A DNA stretch of 64,000 nt, taken from contig DATDOV010000100.1 of assembly GCA_035293105.1 (NCBI GenBank), positions 90,857-154,856 on the forward strand. Direction: 5' to 3'. This DNA comes from Blastocatellia bacterium (GTDB taxonomy: Bacteria > Acidobacteriota > Blastocatellia > UBA7656). Below the pieces are notes generated by a model. The model had not been told where the DNA came from. It searched no databases and worked only from the letters and a program-made list of their open reading frames with translations. Positions 1 through 8,680 of the stretch are shown here, in pieces. How positions within the stretch are numbered: the first letter of the stretch is position 1; each line of letters starts with the position of its first letter. Made by a program: the position numbers and the translations under genes.

Positions 1-519
1 ACGACCTGCCATAATCCGCACTCATCGGATGTGTCGGATATGTTGAAGGCTCCGGCAATCGACCTGTGCTTTGCTTGTCACACCGATAAGCAAGAAGAGT
101 TCAACACCAAGAAATTCACGCACGCGCCGCTGAAGGACTTGGGTTGCCCGACCTGTCACAACCCGCACGCCTCCGATGTCGCTCCTATCTTGAAGGCGGA
201 AAAGAACACTATTTGCACGTCGTGCCATAAGCTAAACGCCAAACTTCAGAGGAAAGCGGAAGGCACGTTCGTCGCCTTCGGCGACACCGTCGTGACAGCA
301 GAGTATCTCAGCAGGGCCAAGAAGATTCTCCTGAGTCCTGACGGAAAGGGTCATCCGTATGTCGGGCACCCGGTTAGCGGGGTTGCCGATCCTTCAGCAA
401 AGGAGAAACATCTGGCCTGCACGAGCTGCCACAACCCGCATTTCGGCAATTATGTCCAGAGATTTCAGAAGGACCTCAGAGGTCAGGCCTTGTGCGACAC
501 GTGCCACAAGCAGCAATGA
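1..519 (+). CDS. multihaem c-type cytochrome, 5'-truncated by window edge
   Basis: Frame is open from nt 1 (TTCHNPH...) and carries CFACH, CPTCH, CTSCH, CTSCH and CDTCH motifs, giving >=5-6 CxxCH haem sites in 172 aa. Confidence 0.8.
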   Translation, partial: TTCHNPHSSDVSDMLKAPAIDLCFACHTDKQEEFNTKKFTHAPLKDLGCPTCHNPHASDVAPILKAEKNTICTSCHKLNAKLQRKAEGTFVAFGDTVVTAEYLSRAKKILLSPDGKGHPYVGHPVSGVADPSAKEKHLACTSCHNPHFGNYVQRFQKDLRGQALCDTCHKQQ

Positions 520-530
520 CGAGGTGACGA

Positions 531-1616
531 ATGGCCCCAGTTAATGCACCAGCAAGCCGCGGACGCGGGCTTATCCTGCTCGCGCCCGTCGTGCTCCTGC
601 TGGCAGTTCCTTCACTGCTAGCTTCGGACAAAAAGAAGAATGAGAAGGTCAGGAAAGACGTACCGGACCTAGTGTGGCCACTTCCACCCGAGAAGCCCCG
701 CATCAAGTATGCAGGTTGGGTTTCAGATAACACGGACGTCGAACCTCCGCAGAAGAAGGGATGGCTATCGAAGCTTATCAATGAAGAGGAAACACGCAGG
801 GTGTTCGGGATGACGCGGCCCGCCGGCATCGCGGTCGACTCGTCGGGGAGGATCTACGTCGCCGATACGCTCAAGGCGGTTGTCTTCGTGTTTGACATGG
901 ACAAGAAGAGGCTCAGTTTGCTGGGCGGTGATGCACGCGGCAGACTTGCCGGGCCGTTCGGGATCGCAATAGACGATAAGGACAACGTCTACGTTTCGGA
1001 CACTGGGCTAAAGCGAGTCAATGTTTACGACAAGAGCGGGAAACTGACCGCTGCAATCAAGAAGGTGGGGAGTGAAACTATAGTCAATCCTGCGGGGCTT
1101 GCGATCGACCCGGGCAGAGGCCGCTTGTACATCGTCGATTCCCAGGGCCATAGGGTTTTCTGGGCCGATTTGAATCAACTCGACAAAGGAGGCTCTTTTG
1201 GCACGAGGGGAGAAGACGACAATGAGTTCAACTTTCCCTCGTACGTCGCCGTAGACCCGCAGGGCAATCTCTACGTCACGGACACGTTGAATTTCTGCGT
1301 CAAGGTGTTCGACAAAGACTTCAAATTCACGAGGCGAATCGGAGAACACGGTACAGGGTTCGGCATGTTCGATCGCCCGAAAGGAATTGCGCTCGACAGC
1401 GAAGGCAATATCTACGTTGTCGACGCAACATTCAGCAACTTCCAAATCTTCAATCCCGAAGGCCAGCTACTGCTTTTCGTAGGTGGCTTCGGGGAGGAGC
1501 CGGGTTCCTTCCGCCTACCGTCTGGAATATTCATAGATAAAAAAGACCGGATTTACGTTTCGGATCAGATAAACAGACGGCTGCAGATCTTTCAGCTTCT
1601 AAGAGGAAAATCATAA
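531..1616 (+). CDS. secreted NHL-repeat (six-bladed beta-propeller) protein
   Basis: N-terminal signal peptide (LILLAPVVLLLAVPSLLAS). Repeated ~45-aa units with YV[AS]D..N.R[IV].V[FY]D pattern (e.g. IYVADTLKAVVFVFD, VYVSDTGLKRVNVYD, LYIVDSQGHRVFWAD, LYVTDTLNFCVKVFD, IYVVDATFSNFQIFN, IYVSDQINRRLQIFQ). Confidence 0.75.
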   Translation: MAPVNAPASRGRGLILLAPVVLLLAVPSLLASDKKKNEKVRKDVPDLVWPLPPEKPRIKYAGWVSDNTDVEPPQKKGWLSKLINEEETRRVFGMTRPAGIAVDSSGRIYVADTLKAVVFVFDMDKKRLSLLGGDARGRLAGPFGIAIDDKDNVYVSDTGLKRVNVYDKSGKLTAAIKKVGSETIVNPAGLAIDPGRGRLYIVDSQGHRVFWADLNQLDKGGSFGTRGEDDNEFNFPSYVAVDPQGNLYVTDTLNFCVKVFDKDFKFTRRIGEHGTGFGMFDRPKGIALDSEGNIYVVDATFSNFQIFNPEGQLLLFVGGFGEEPGSFRLPSGIFIDKKDRIYVSDQINRRLQIFQLLRGKS

Positions 1617-1648
1617 GCGCCGCTGTGAAACCAGTGGGCGCTTTTCAT
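1616..1648 (+). terminator. rho-independent terminator-like hairpin after NHL gene
   Basis: AAGCGCC-gctgtgaaaccagt-GGGCGCTTTTC sits immediately after the TAA stop at 1614-1616. Confidence 0.5.
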
Positions 1649-1671
1649 AATCTCGGAAAGGAGAAGCTGTA

Positions 1672-2385
1672 ATGTTGATCAAAAGGCTTCTGGTGTTGGT
1701 GTTTGTCTTTGCGCTCGGTGGTTATGCATACGCACAATACACTGGCGATGGGTCGAAGTCGGCGATCGTAGGCACCAACCACGACCTGAGGAGCGAATTC
1801 AGCGGTGCGACGGCAGTCTGCGAATTCTGCCACGCTCCGCACAAACTCAGTAACCCGACGATCACGGCTCCATTACTATGGAACGTTCAGGTGAAGACGG
1901 GGAGCTACGGCACCTACAGTAGCTCGACGTTGGATGCCACGGATGTTCGCAACCCGGCTTCGGCTAGCAGCGCCAACAGCGCGGCATTCATGAGCCTGCT
2001 GTGTCTCAGTTGCCACGATGGCACGGTCACTGAAGCCGCTTTCTACAACAGGGAAGGCCTTGGAGGATCGGGTTCCTTCAGCCCTCCCAATATCGGCGAA
2101 CAATCGACGGCTGGCTTGACTAACGACCATCCAGTCGATTTTACGTACAGCGCCGCATTAGCAACGGCGGATGGGGGGCTCGCGACACCAACAGAAGGAA
2201 CCGGTGTCAGGGTTCCGTATGTTGGAAGCGGGGCCAACAGCCTACCGCTTTTCAAGGATGCCTCGACCGACGCCAGCGGGCGTCTGGAGTGCGCTACGTG
2301 TCACAATCCTCATAACAACGCCAACGACCCCTTCCTGAGAAGGAGTAATGGCGCAAGCGCTCTCTGTACGTCGTGTCATACCTAA
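1672..2385 (+). CDS. tetrahaem c-type cytochrome (secreted)
   Basis: Signal peptide MLIKRLLVLVFVFALGGYAYA. Carries CEFCH, CLSCH, CATCH and CTSCH. Ser/Thr/Gly-rich linker. Confidence 0.8.
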   Translation: MLIKRLLVLVFVFALGGYAYAQYTGDGSKSAIVGTNHDLRSEFSGATAVCEFCHAPHKLSNPTITAPLLWNVQVKTGSYGTYSSSTLDATDVRNPASASSANSAAFMSLLCLSCHDGTVTEAAFYNREGLGGSGSFSPPNIGEQSTAGLTNDHPVDFTYSAALATADGGLATPTEGTGVRVPYVGSGANSLPLFKDASTDASGRLECATCHNPHNNANDPFLRRSNGASALCTSCHT

Positions 2386-2440
2386 CAACGGTGCAGAGGT
2401 GTGAGGGGCAGGCCTCACACCTCGCTGTTGCTCCAGAGAG

Positions 2441-3550
2441 GTGTCCATGAAAAAGAAAGCGGTAGTGTACCTAGTCGGCGCTTCGTCGCTCGCCGTTCTT
2501 CTCGCTCTGTATTTCCTGGCCAAGGGCAACGGCGTTGCCGAATCCCCAGAGCTGAGCACTCCCATCGAATCCGGGAGTGCCAAGCCGGCGCTTCATGAGC
2601 AAGTCTCATCCCGGTTCCCGCTTGCTTTGCCGCTCCCCGCCAAACCCGAAGACACAGGCAAAAACTCTGCGAGTCCCGGCGTTGTGGCGACCGTGAACGG
2701 CATTCCGATAACGGCAAAGGAGGTCGAAGAAGAACTCAACAGGCTCCTGATGTCCCCGACAGCCCACGGCGGGATGGACGCGAGAAGGAAAGATGATGTG
2801 CGAAAGTCCGCGCTTGACGAACTGATTGTCCGCGAACTGGCGTTTCAAAGGGCCAAGGCGATGAGATTGACGGTCGACGCGGATGAGGTCGCCGCTTCGA
2901 TCAAGACAATAAGACAGCGTTACAACTCGGAGCAGCGTTTCCAGAGAGCACTAAAGATCGAAGGGATGACCGAAAACGAGTTTCAGCAGAGAGTTGAGAG
3001 AGATCTCCTTCTCAAGAAGATTCACCAGGTGGAAATCGAGGACAAAGCTCAAGTCGGCGAAGACGAAGTAAGAAAATACTACGAGGAGAACAAGGTTAAG
3101 TTTTTGCTCCCCGAGTCCATTCAACTGAAACACATCGTCGTCAGGATCGGCGCGCGGAAAGAGCCCGAGGCCAAAAAGCTGATCGACACGATCAGCGAGA
3201 AGCTGAAGAAGGGAGAAGACTTCTTCGACCTGGCCTACAAGTTCTCAGAGGACGAGTATCGCGTCGTTGGCGGTGATTACGGCTCGGTGCATCTGGGACA
3301 ATTGGATCCCGAACTTGAGGCAGTCGCGTTTGCTGCTGCGGTGAACCAATTGACGGGTCCGTTCAAGACCAGCCGCGGCTGGCACATCATCAGCCTCGAG
3401 AAGAAGCAGGCCGAGCGGCAACTGAAGTACGAAGACGTAAAGGAAAAGATCAAAGGCGGCCTCCAACAGAAGCTGCGGAGCAAGAGGCGGTCGGAGTTCG
3501 TCAGTGAGTTGAGGGCTTTGGCCCAAATCCAGTACCTGAGCCGCCGCTGA
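2441..3550 (+). CDS. SurA-like periplasmic chaperone / PpiC-type (parvulin) peptidyl-prolyl isomerase
   Basis: Signal/anchor, then a SurA_N-like helical region, then a parvulin rotamase signature (GGDYGSVHLGQLDPELEAVAFAAAVNQLTGPFKTSRGWHIISLEKK). Confidence 0.7.
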   Translation: MSMKKKAVVYLVGASSLAVLLALYFLAKGNGVAESPELSTPIESGSAKPALHEQVSSRFPLALPLPAKPEDTGKNSASPGVVATVNGIPITAKEVEEELNRLLMSPTAHGGMDARRKDDVRKSALDELIVRELAFQRAKAMRLTVDADEVAASIKTIRQRYNSEQRFQRALKIEGMTENEFQQRVERDLLLKKIHQVEIEDKAQVGEDEVRKYYEENKVKFLLPESIQLKHIVVRIGARKEPEAKKLIDTISEKLKKGEDFFDLAYKFSEDEYRVVGGDYGSVHLGQLDPELEAVAFAAAVNQLTGPFKTSRGWHIISLEKKQAERQLKYEDVKEKIKGGLQQKLRSKRRSEFVSELRALAQIQYLSRR

Positions 3551-3565
3551 TCAAAGAATGTGTGA

Positions 3566-5437
3566 GTGCGCGCAATGAAACGCCCGGTGTCACAACTTGC
3601 CGTCTTGATGCTGATCGCTCAGTGCTTCGCTCCTGCCTACTCGCAGGAGAGACTAAACCTGAGCGGGGTACTGACCATGGGCTACTCCAAGACGCAGCAG
3701 ACCGCTCAGGCCGTGAACCCTGATGTCGTCACCGAGAATCAATCGCGCGAATTCGGTATCGGTCTTGACTTGAACCTGGGCGCATATATCATCGACCCTC
3801 GTTTCATTAAGGTCTCGTTCGAGTCGAGCTTTCTTCGCAACAAGGGGGCCTTCGATGAATTCCAGACGCGGTACGGTATAACAGGGAAGAATGTCTATGT
3901 TGATTTCCTCCCGACCTCGCCTTATCCATTCAGGTTTCACTACATCAATCAGAGCAGCAACTATCTCCAGAGGCCGATTGCCTCGGCGGCCACCGGGCGC
4001 CGGAGCCTGGGCTTCAACTGGGCGCTGAGATTGCCAAAGTATCCCAAGCTCAGTGTGAGCTACGACAGCACGAGTTTTGACTACAGCTTTACTTCAGGCG
4101 TTATGGCCAAGAGTCACACCAGGACGTTCAACGCCGGAGTTTCGGGTAGCTATAGAGGGTGGGACTTCACCTCCGGATATGACAACCAGACGACGACCGA
4201 TGGGCGCTTGCAGCTAGGAACGTATCAGAACCTTTGGCGCCTCGACGCACGCAAGCCTGTATCGAAGAAGTCAAACCTGTACGTCGGCACTTTCTACCAG
4301 GGACTTAGGTTTTCGAGCGAGGTTACGGGGTTGAGACAACGATTGTCATTCTTCGATATTCACTCGGAGTTCAGCACTCAACACACTAACAAGCTCAGCA
4401 GCAGATTCGCGCACCAGTTCTATTACAACACCAGCACCCAGGAGACTGATCAGCAAGGCGTTCGACCCGAAGCGGGAGCCGTCGCTGCTCCAGCGGTGCC
4501 GGCGCTACGTCCCACGCGCACAACTACACAGTTCAACGTCGTCGATGGCCTGGTGGCCTACCGAGTACGGTCGGAGGTCACGGTCAGCGGGACCCTCAGC
4601 ACCCGGCTGACGAATGCTCCGAACGAATCAACCGAAGCAGCGACTCGATTCTTCGATCTTGGAGGAACAATCACCTGGAACAGGAGAATCGCCTTCGCCG
4701 AAACAAGGGCTGCCTACAGCCAGGGCCTCGAATACGCCGGGTCGAACATGGGCAGTAGCCGAAGGACCGAGCACCATAGCCTCGCGGCGGGCCTTAGTCT
4801 GGGTAACAGGAAGCGCGCCCTCGTCACCGCTGATTTCAACCTGTCTTATCGCCCCGATATTTTTCAAGCCGGCGGATTCTTCTCACAGAAGTACTTCAAC
4901 GCCGGTGTCGAGAGCGAAGCGTTGAGGGCTCTCAGGTTGAGCGCGTCGGTCGGGAAAAACGAGGTCGAATACCTGACTTTCAACGGACGTGAGCACTTGC
5001 GCCGCACGTCGTATTCGGCCGGCGTGGATCACCGGCGATTCACGCTGGTCTTCTCACGAAACTCGAACGCCGGATTGCGAGACGTCTTCGCGATCCCCGT
5101 ACCGTTGGAGCCAAATCGGATCTTCAGAGTTCTGCCCGTCGGTTCGCTGATCAGCAATCCCCTATTAAACACCTCCGCGTTCAATACCTTTGCTCTGCTG
5201 AGAGTGCGGCCCAGAAGGAATCTGGACCTGGAAGCGAGGTATTACCAGGACAGGGCGCTGTTCGTGACAACAAACAATGTCTTCGTCAAGCAGTGGGACG
5301 TGATCGCTACATACAAACTCGGGAAGTTCACCTTCTACGGGGGCGCGCTGTTTTACAAGCAGACAACCGAGGGATTGTTGTCCAGAGACAGGACGTACTA
5401 TTTCGTCCGGGTAACTCGGCCGTTCAAGGTGCTTTGA
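3566..5437 (+). CDS. putative outer-membrane beta-barrel (porin-like) protein
   Basis: Signal peptide MRAMKRPVSQLAVLMLIAQCFAPAYSQ. 623 aa rich in S/T/N/G/Y/R with alternating amphipathic beta-strand-like stretches. C-terminus is ...YYFVRVTRPFKVL. No enzymatic motifs were seen. Confidence 0.5.
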   Translation: MRAMKRPVSQLAVLMLIAQCFAPAYSQERLNLSGVLTMGYSKTQQTAQAVNPDVVTENQSREFGIGLDLNLGAYIIDPRFIKVSFESSFLRNKGAFDEFQTRYGITGKNVYVDFLPTSPYPFRFHYINQSSNYLQRPIASAATGRRSLGFNWALRLPKYPKLSVSYDSTSFDYSFTSGVMAKSHTRTFNAGVSGSYRGWDFTSGYDNQTTTDGRLQLGTYQNLWRLDARKPVSKKSNLYVGTFYQGLRFSSEVTGLRQRLSFFDIHSEFSTQHTNKLSSRFAHQFYYNTSTQETDQQGVRPEAGAVAAPAVPALRPTRTTTQFNVVDGLVAYRVRSEVTVSGTLSTRLTNAPNESTEAATRFFDLGGTITWNRRIAFAETRAAYSQGLEYAGSNMGSSRRTEHHSLAAGLSLGNRKRALVTADFNLSYRPDIFQAGGFFSQKYFNAGVESEALRALRLSASVGKNEVEYLTFNGREHLRRTSYSAGVDHRRFTLVFSRNSNAGLRDVFAIPVPLEPNRIFRVLPVGSLISNPLLNTSAFNTFALLRVRPRRNLDLEARYYQDRALFVTTNNVFVKQWDVIATYKLGKFTFYGGALFYKQTTEGLLSRDRTYYFVRVTRPFKVL

Positions 5438-5438
5438 C

Positions 5439-6524
5439 ATGCGCTTAGCGATGAGTTCAAACAAGCCGAAGCTCACTAAGCTTGTCGCTGCCACTCTCTT
5501 TGGCGTTGCACTCGTTTTCTCGCTCTTCATAGCGTCAAACGGCGAGCACGGCGACAAAGAGAAAGAGCTGTACTGGCCCAGCCCGCCTGATCCGCCGCGA
5601 ATCAAGTACGTGCGCAGCATCGCGTCTCCGCGGGACCTTAAGCTCAAGCAGTCGTCGTTTCTCAAACGCGTGGTCAAGAAGATCATCGGGACCGAGGATC
5701 CCGAACCAGCCATGATGTCGCCATACGGCATCGTCACCGACAGCCGCCAGCGCATCATCGCAGTCGATTCAAAGGCGAGGATGATACACGTCTTCGATCC
5801 GCAGGAGAAGAAGTACGTCGCCATCAGGGCGCCGAAGAAAGAGATGTTCGTCTCGCTGGTCGGCGTAGCCGTCGACGGACAGGACAACATCTACGTCTCG
5901 GACTCGTACACCGGGAAGATATTCATCTTTGATCGAAACGGCAAACTCATTAAGAGGATTGGTTCCGAGGAAGGAAGCTTCAATCGGCCCACCGGCATTG
6001 CGATAGACAAGGCTTCGCGGCGCCTGTACGTCGTCGAAACCGTGAAAGGCGAGGTCGACGTGCTGGACCTTGACGGGATTGGATTATTCAAGTTCGGCAA
6101 GCGCGGAGAAGGCCAGGGCGAGTTCAATCACCCGACGCAAATATGCGTCAGCGGCGACAGCGTGTATGTCACCGACACGCTGAACGCTCGCATTCAAGTC
6201 TTCGACAAGGACGGACATTTTATTTCGGTGGTGGGGCGGCACGGCGATGGCATTGGGGATTTGGACAAACCCAAAGGCGTCGCGATCGATAGCCACGGGC
6301 ACATCTATGTCGTCGAAGGGCTTCGCGACCGGGTTCAGATATTCGATAAGGAAGGGAACCTTCTCCTCGTGTTCGGCGAGACGGGATCCGACAGAGGAGA
6401 GTTCTACTTGCCGACGGCCATCCACATAGACGCCGACGACAATATCTACATCTCCGATTCCAGCAATCGGAGAATCCAGGTCTTTAGGTACCTGAGAACG
6501 CCAGGGGCAGCGATAAGGGATTGA
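5439..6524 (+). CDS. secreted NHL-repeat protein, paralog of 531..1616
   Basis: Same length (361 aa) and same repeat pattern (IYVSDSYTGKIFIFD, LYVVETVKGEVDVLD, VYVTDTLNARIQVFD, IYVVEGLRDRVQIFD, IYISDSSNRRIQVFR). Signal anchor present. Confidence 0.75.
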   Translation: MRLAMSSNKPKLTKLVAATLFGVALVFSLFIASNGEHGDKEKELYWPSPPDPPRIKYVRSIASPRDLKLKQSSFLKRVVKKIIGTEDPEPAMMSPYGIVTDSRQRIIAVDSKARMIHVFDPQEKKYVAIRAPKKEMFVSLVGVAVDGQDNIYVSDSYTGKIFIFDRNGKLIKRIGSEEGSFNRPTGIAIDKASRRLYVVETVKGEVDVLDLDGIGLFKFGKRGEGQGEFNHPTQICVSGDSVYVTDTLNARIQVFDKDGHFISVVGRHGDGIGDLDKPKGVAIDSHGHIYVVEGLRDRVQIFDKEGNLLLVFGETGSDRGEFYLPTAIHIDADDNIYISDSSNRRIQVFRYLRTPGAAIRD

Positions 6525-6527
6525 TCT

Positions 6528-8423
6528 ATGAGAGCGAGGAGATTGCTGCTAATAGGTTTTTTCTGTTGCGTGCTCGGCGAAGTGGTCCATAGCCAGAGTT
6601 CCAAGGCGCAGTTGTTCAACTCAAAGCACGACTTCAGGGTCAACAGCAGCGCCGCCATTCGCTCCACAGCGGAAGGCCGAATCTGCGTTTTCTGCCACTC
6701 GCCCCACAACGGCAATCCGAGCCCCCAGATATGGAACCACAAGACGTCATCGGTTTCGAACTATCCCCTCTACGGCAGCACGACCATGCGGGCGACCACC
6801 ACCCAACCGACTAGTTCAGACTCGTCGAAATTGTGCCTGAGCTGTCACGACGGAACCGTGGCGCTGGGTGATACGGTGAACAACGGCCTCATTCCTTTCA
6901 TTCAGGGTTCGAACTTCACGCTTCCCGCGTCTTCGTCTTCGAACCTTCATAAAGGCGTCGGTTTTTCCGATGATCACCCGTTCGCTTTTCTGCCGGTCAC
7001 CGGCTCGGAGATAAGAAACCCGCCTGCGGGTGACGCGGTGAAGCTGGACCGATCGGGCAAGATGCAGTGCACGTCCTGTCACGATCCTCACGTTCAATCG
7101 AAGGACGCAACCGTCGGCAAGTTTCTCGTCGAATCGAATCTGAAATCGGCCCTTTGCACCACCTGTCATACTAAGACAGGCTGGACTGCGGCATCGCACA
7201 AACAGCCTGCAAGCGGTGCGAATGACAACAGGTACGGAACCTCGCAGGGCGCGCACACCGGTTACACGGGCGTGTCGAACAACGGCTGCGAAAGTTGTCA
7301 TCGCCCGCACTCGCCCGCGGTGGGACAGCGTCTGCTCAAGTTTGTGGAGGAAGACACTTGTTACAAGTGCCATAACGGTTCGGTCGCAGACACCAACAAG
7401 AACATACAATCGGAGTTCCAGACTAAGACGTACCGGCATCCGGTGTCGACCACGCCATCGGTGCACGACGCATCAGAAGGTCCGGCCTCGCTGACCTATA
7501 AACTGCCGGAGAGTTCGTCGGGAGCCGCGCGGCACGCCGAATGCGCGGACTGCCACGACCCTCACGCCGCGAATCCGCAAACCGGTTCGCCGCCGTCCGT
7601 CGCCGGCTACTTGCGTGAAGTCGCGGGCATTTCATCCTCGGGCACGGAAGCTTCGAGCGCGAATTACGAATACGAGGTGTGTTTCAAGTGTCACGCCGAC
7701 AGCGCGAACAAACCACAGCTTCTCGGCGGTGTGAGCTTTGGCCGGAATCCGCTGCGACAGACCGACGATAACAATCCCAGCCGCTTCAATTCCCGATTTG
7801 AGTTCAACTCGAGTGTCGCCTGGCATCCGGTGATAAACCCACGAGGCCTCTCAACAGGAACGAGCGGGTTCGTTCCGAGCCTCAGGTCAGCGCCGCTTGG
7901 GACCAACGGCCAGCCGCTGCCGGGAAGGTCGCTCTCGGCAAGCAGCTTCATATACTGCACCGACTGCCACAACAACAGCTCGGGAAGGAACCTCGGAACG
8001 GGAACGGGTCCCAGCGGCCCGCACGGCTCGAACATCATTCACCTGCTCGAGCGCAACTACTCATACAACACGCCTCCTGCAAATCCGGGCGGGACGATGG
8101 GACAGGTGACTTACTCGACCGCCGCTTATGCTCTGTGCAACAAGTGCCACGACGTCGACGGCAGCATCGTACAGAACCGAAGCTTCAAGGAGCACGACAA
8201 GCACATTCGTGGAGAAGGGGCCTCGTGCTCGGTATGTCACGACTCGCATGGGATCAACGGCGGCAACGCGACCAACAACAAGTTTCTGATCAATTTCGAT
8301 CTGAGCATAGTCGGCCCGGACAGCAGCGGCCGGCTCAGGTATGAATCGACTGGTTTTCGACGAGGCAGTTGTTACCTGACCTGCCACGGCGAGGAGCACA
8401 ACCCTAAGACATACAGTCAGTGA
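6528..8423 (+). CDS. large multihaem c-type cytochrome (~12 haems), secreted
   Basis: Signal peptide. Carries CVFCH, CLSCH, CTSCH, CTTCH, CESCH, CYKCH, CADCH, CFKCH, CTDCH, CNKCH and CSVCH, plus a C-terminal CX3CH variant (CYLTCH). Confidence 0.85.
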   Translation: MRARRLLLIGFFCCVLGEVVHSQSSKAQLFNSKHDFRVNSSAAIRSTAEGRICVFCHSPHNGNPSPQIWNHKTSSVSNYPLYGSTTMRATTTQPTSSDSSKLCLSCHDGTVALGDTVNNGLIPFIQGSNFTLPASSSSNLHKGVGFSDDHPFAFLPVTGSEIRNPPAGDAVKLDRSGKMQCTSCHDPHVQSKDATVGKFLVESNLKSALCTTCHTKTGWTAASHKQPASGANDNRYGTSQGAHTGYTGVSNNGCESCHRPHSPAVGQRLLKFVEEDTCYKCHNGSVADTNKNIQSEFQTKTYRHPVSTTPSVHDASEGPASLTYKLPESSSGAARHAECADCHDPHAANPQTGSPPSVAGYLREVAGISSSGTEASSANYEYEVCFKCHADSANKPQLLGGVSFGRNPLRQTDDNNPSRFNSRFEFNSSVAWHPVINPRGLSTGTSGFVPSLRSAPLGTNGQPLPGRSLSASSFIYCTDCHNNSSGRNLGTGTGPSGPHGSNIIHLLERNYSYNTPPANPGGTMGQVTYSTAAYALCNKCHDVDGSIVQNRSFKEHDKHIRGEGASCSVCHDSHGINGGNATNNKFLINFDLSIVGPDSSGRLRYESTGFRRGSCYLTCHGEEHNPKTYSQ

Positions 8424-8543
8424 AGTGAGCCGACTCCGGACGCGGAGAGGATCGGTGGGAGTCCGAATGAAGCCGACATGTTCGACAGGCCACACCAAGT
8501 CCCGAGACATCGCTCGGCCGAAGTTGATGGGCTAACCAGCGCA

Positions 8544-8618
8544 GCAATGAGCCACCTGCCCGCGCGTCACAAAGAGCCGTGATGGCTGTCATAGATTCCC
8601 TCAAAGCCAAATCTCTAG
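8544..8618. repeat. direct repeat, copy 1 (~76 bp) upstream of TPR gene
   Basis: gcaatgagcc..ccgcg.gtcac...agccgtgatggctgtcatagattccCtcaaagccaaatctctag. It is ~85% identical to 11344-11421, and the 45-bp core differs by a single base. Confidence 0.6.
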
Positions 8619-8680
8619 ACTCACTTCACGTTGGCAAAGCCAACAGGTGAGGGTGCATTCACAGTCATCGGAGGTAGCTA

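Noticed and set aside
6900-6915. tRNA T-arm-like GGTTCGAACT
   Set aside because: It lies inside the 12-haem cytochrome CDS, and no surrounding acceptor or anticodon stem complementarity was found.
8404-8610. Small ORFs crossing the two direct-repeat copies (8404..8610 minus; 11253..11444 plus)
   Set aside because: The differences between the repeat copies are non-synonymous, and the two ORFs are on opposite strands and different frames. The repeat is more likely non-coding.
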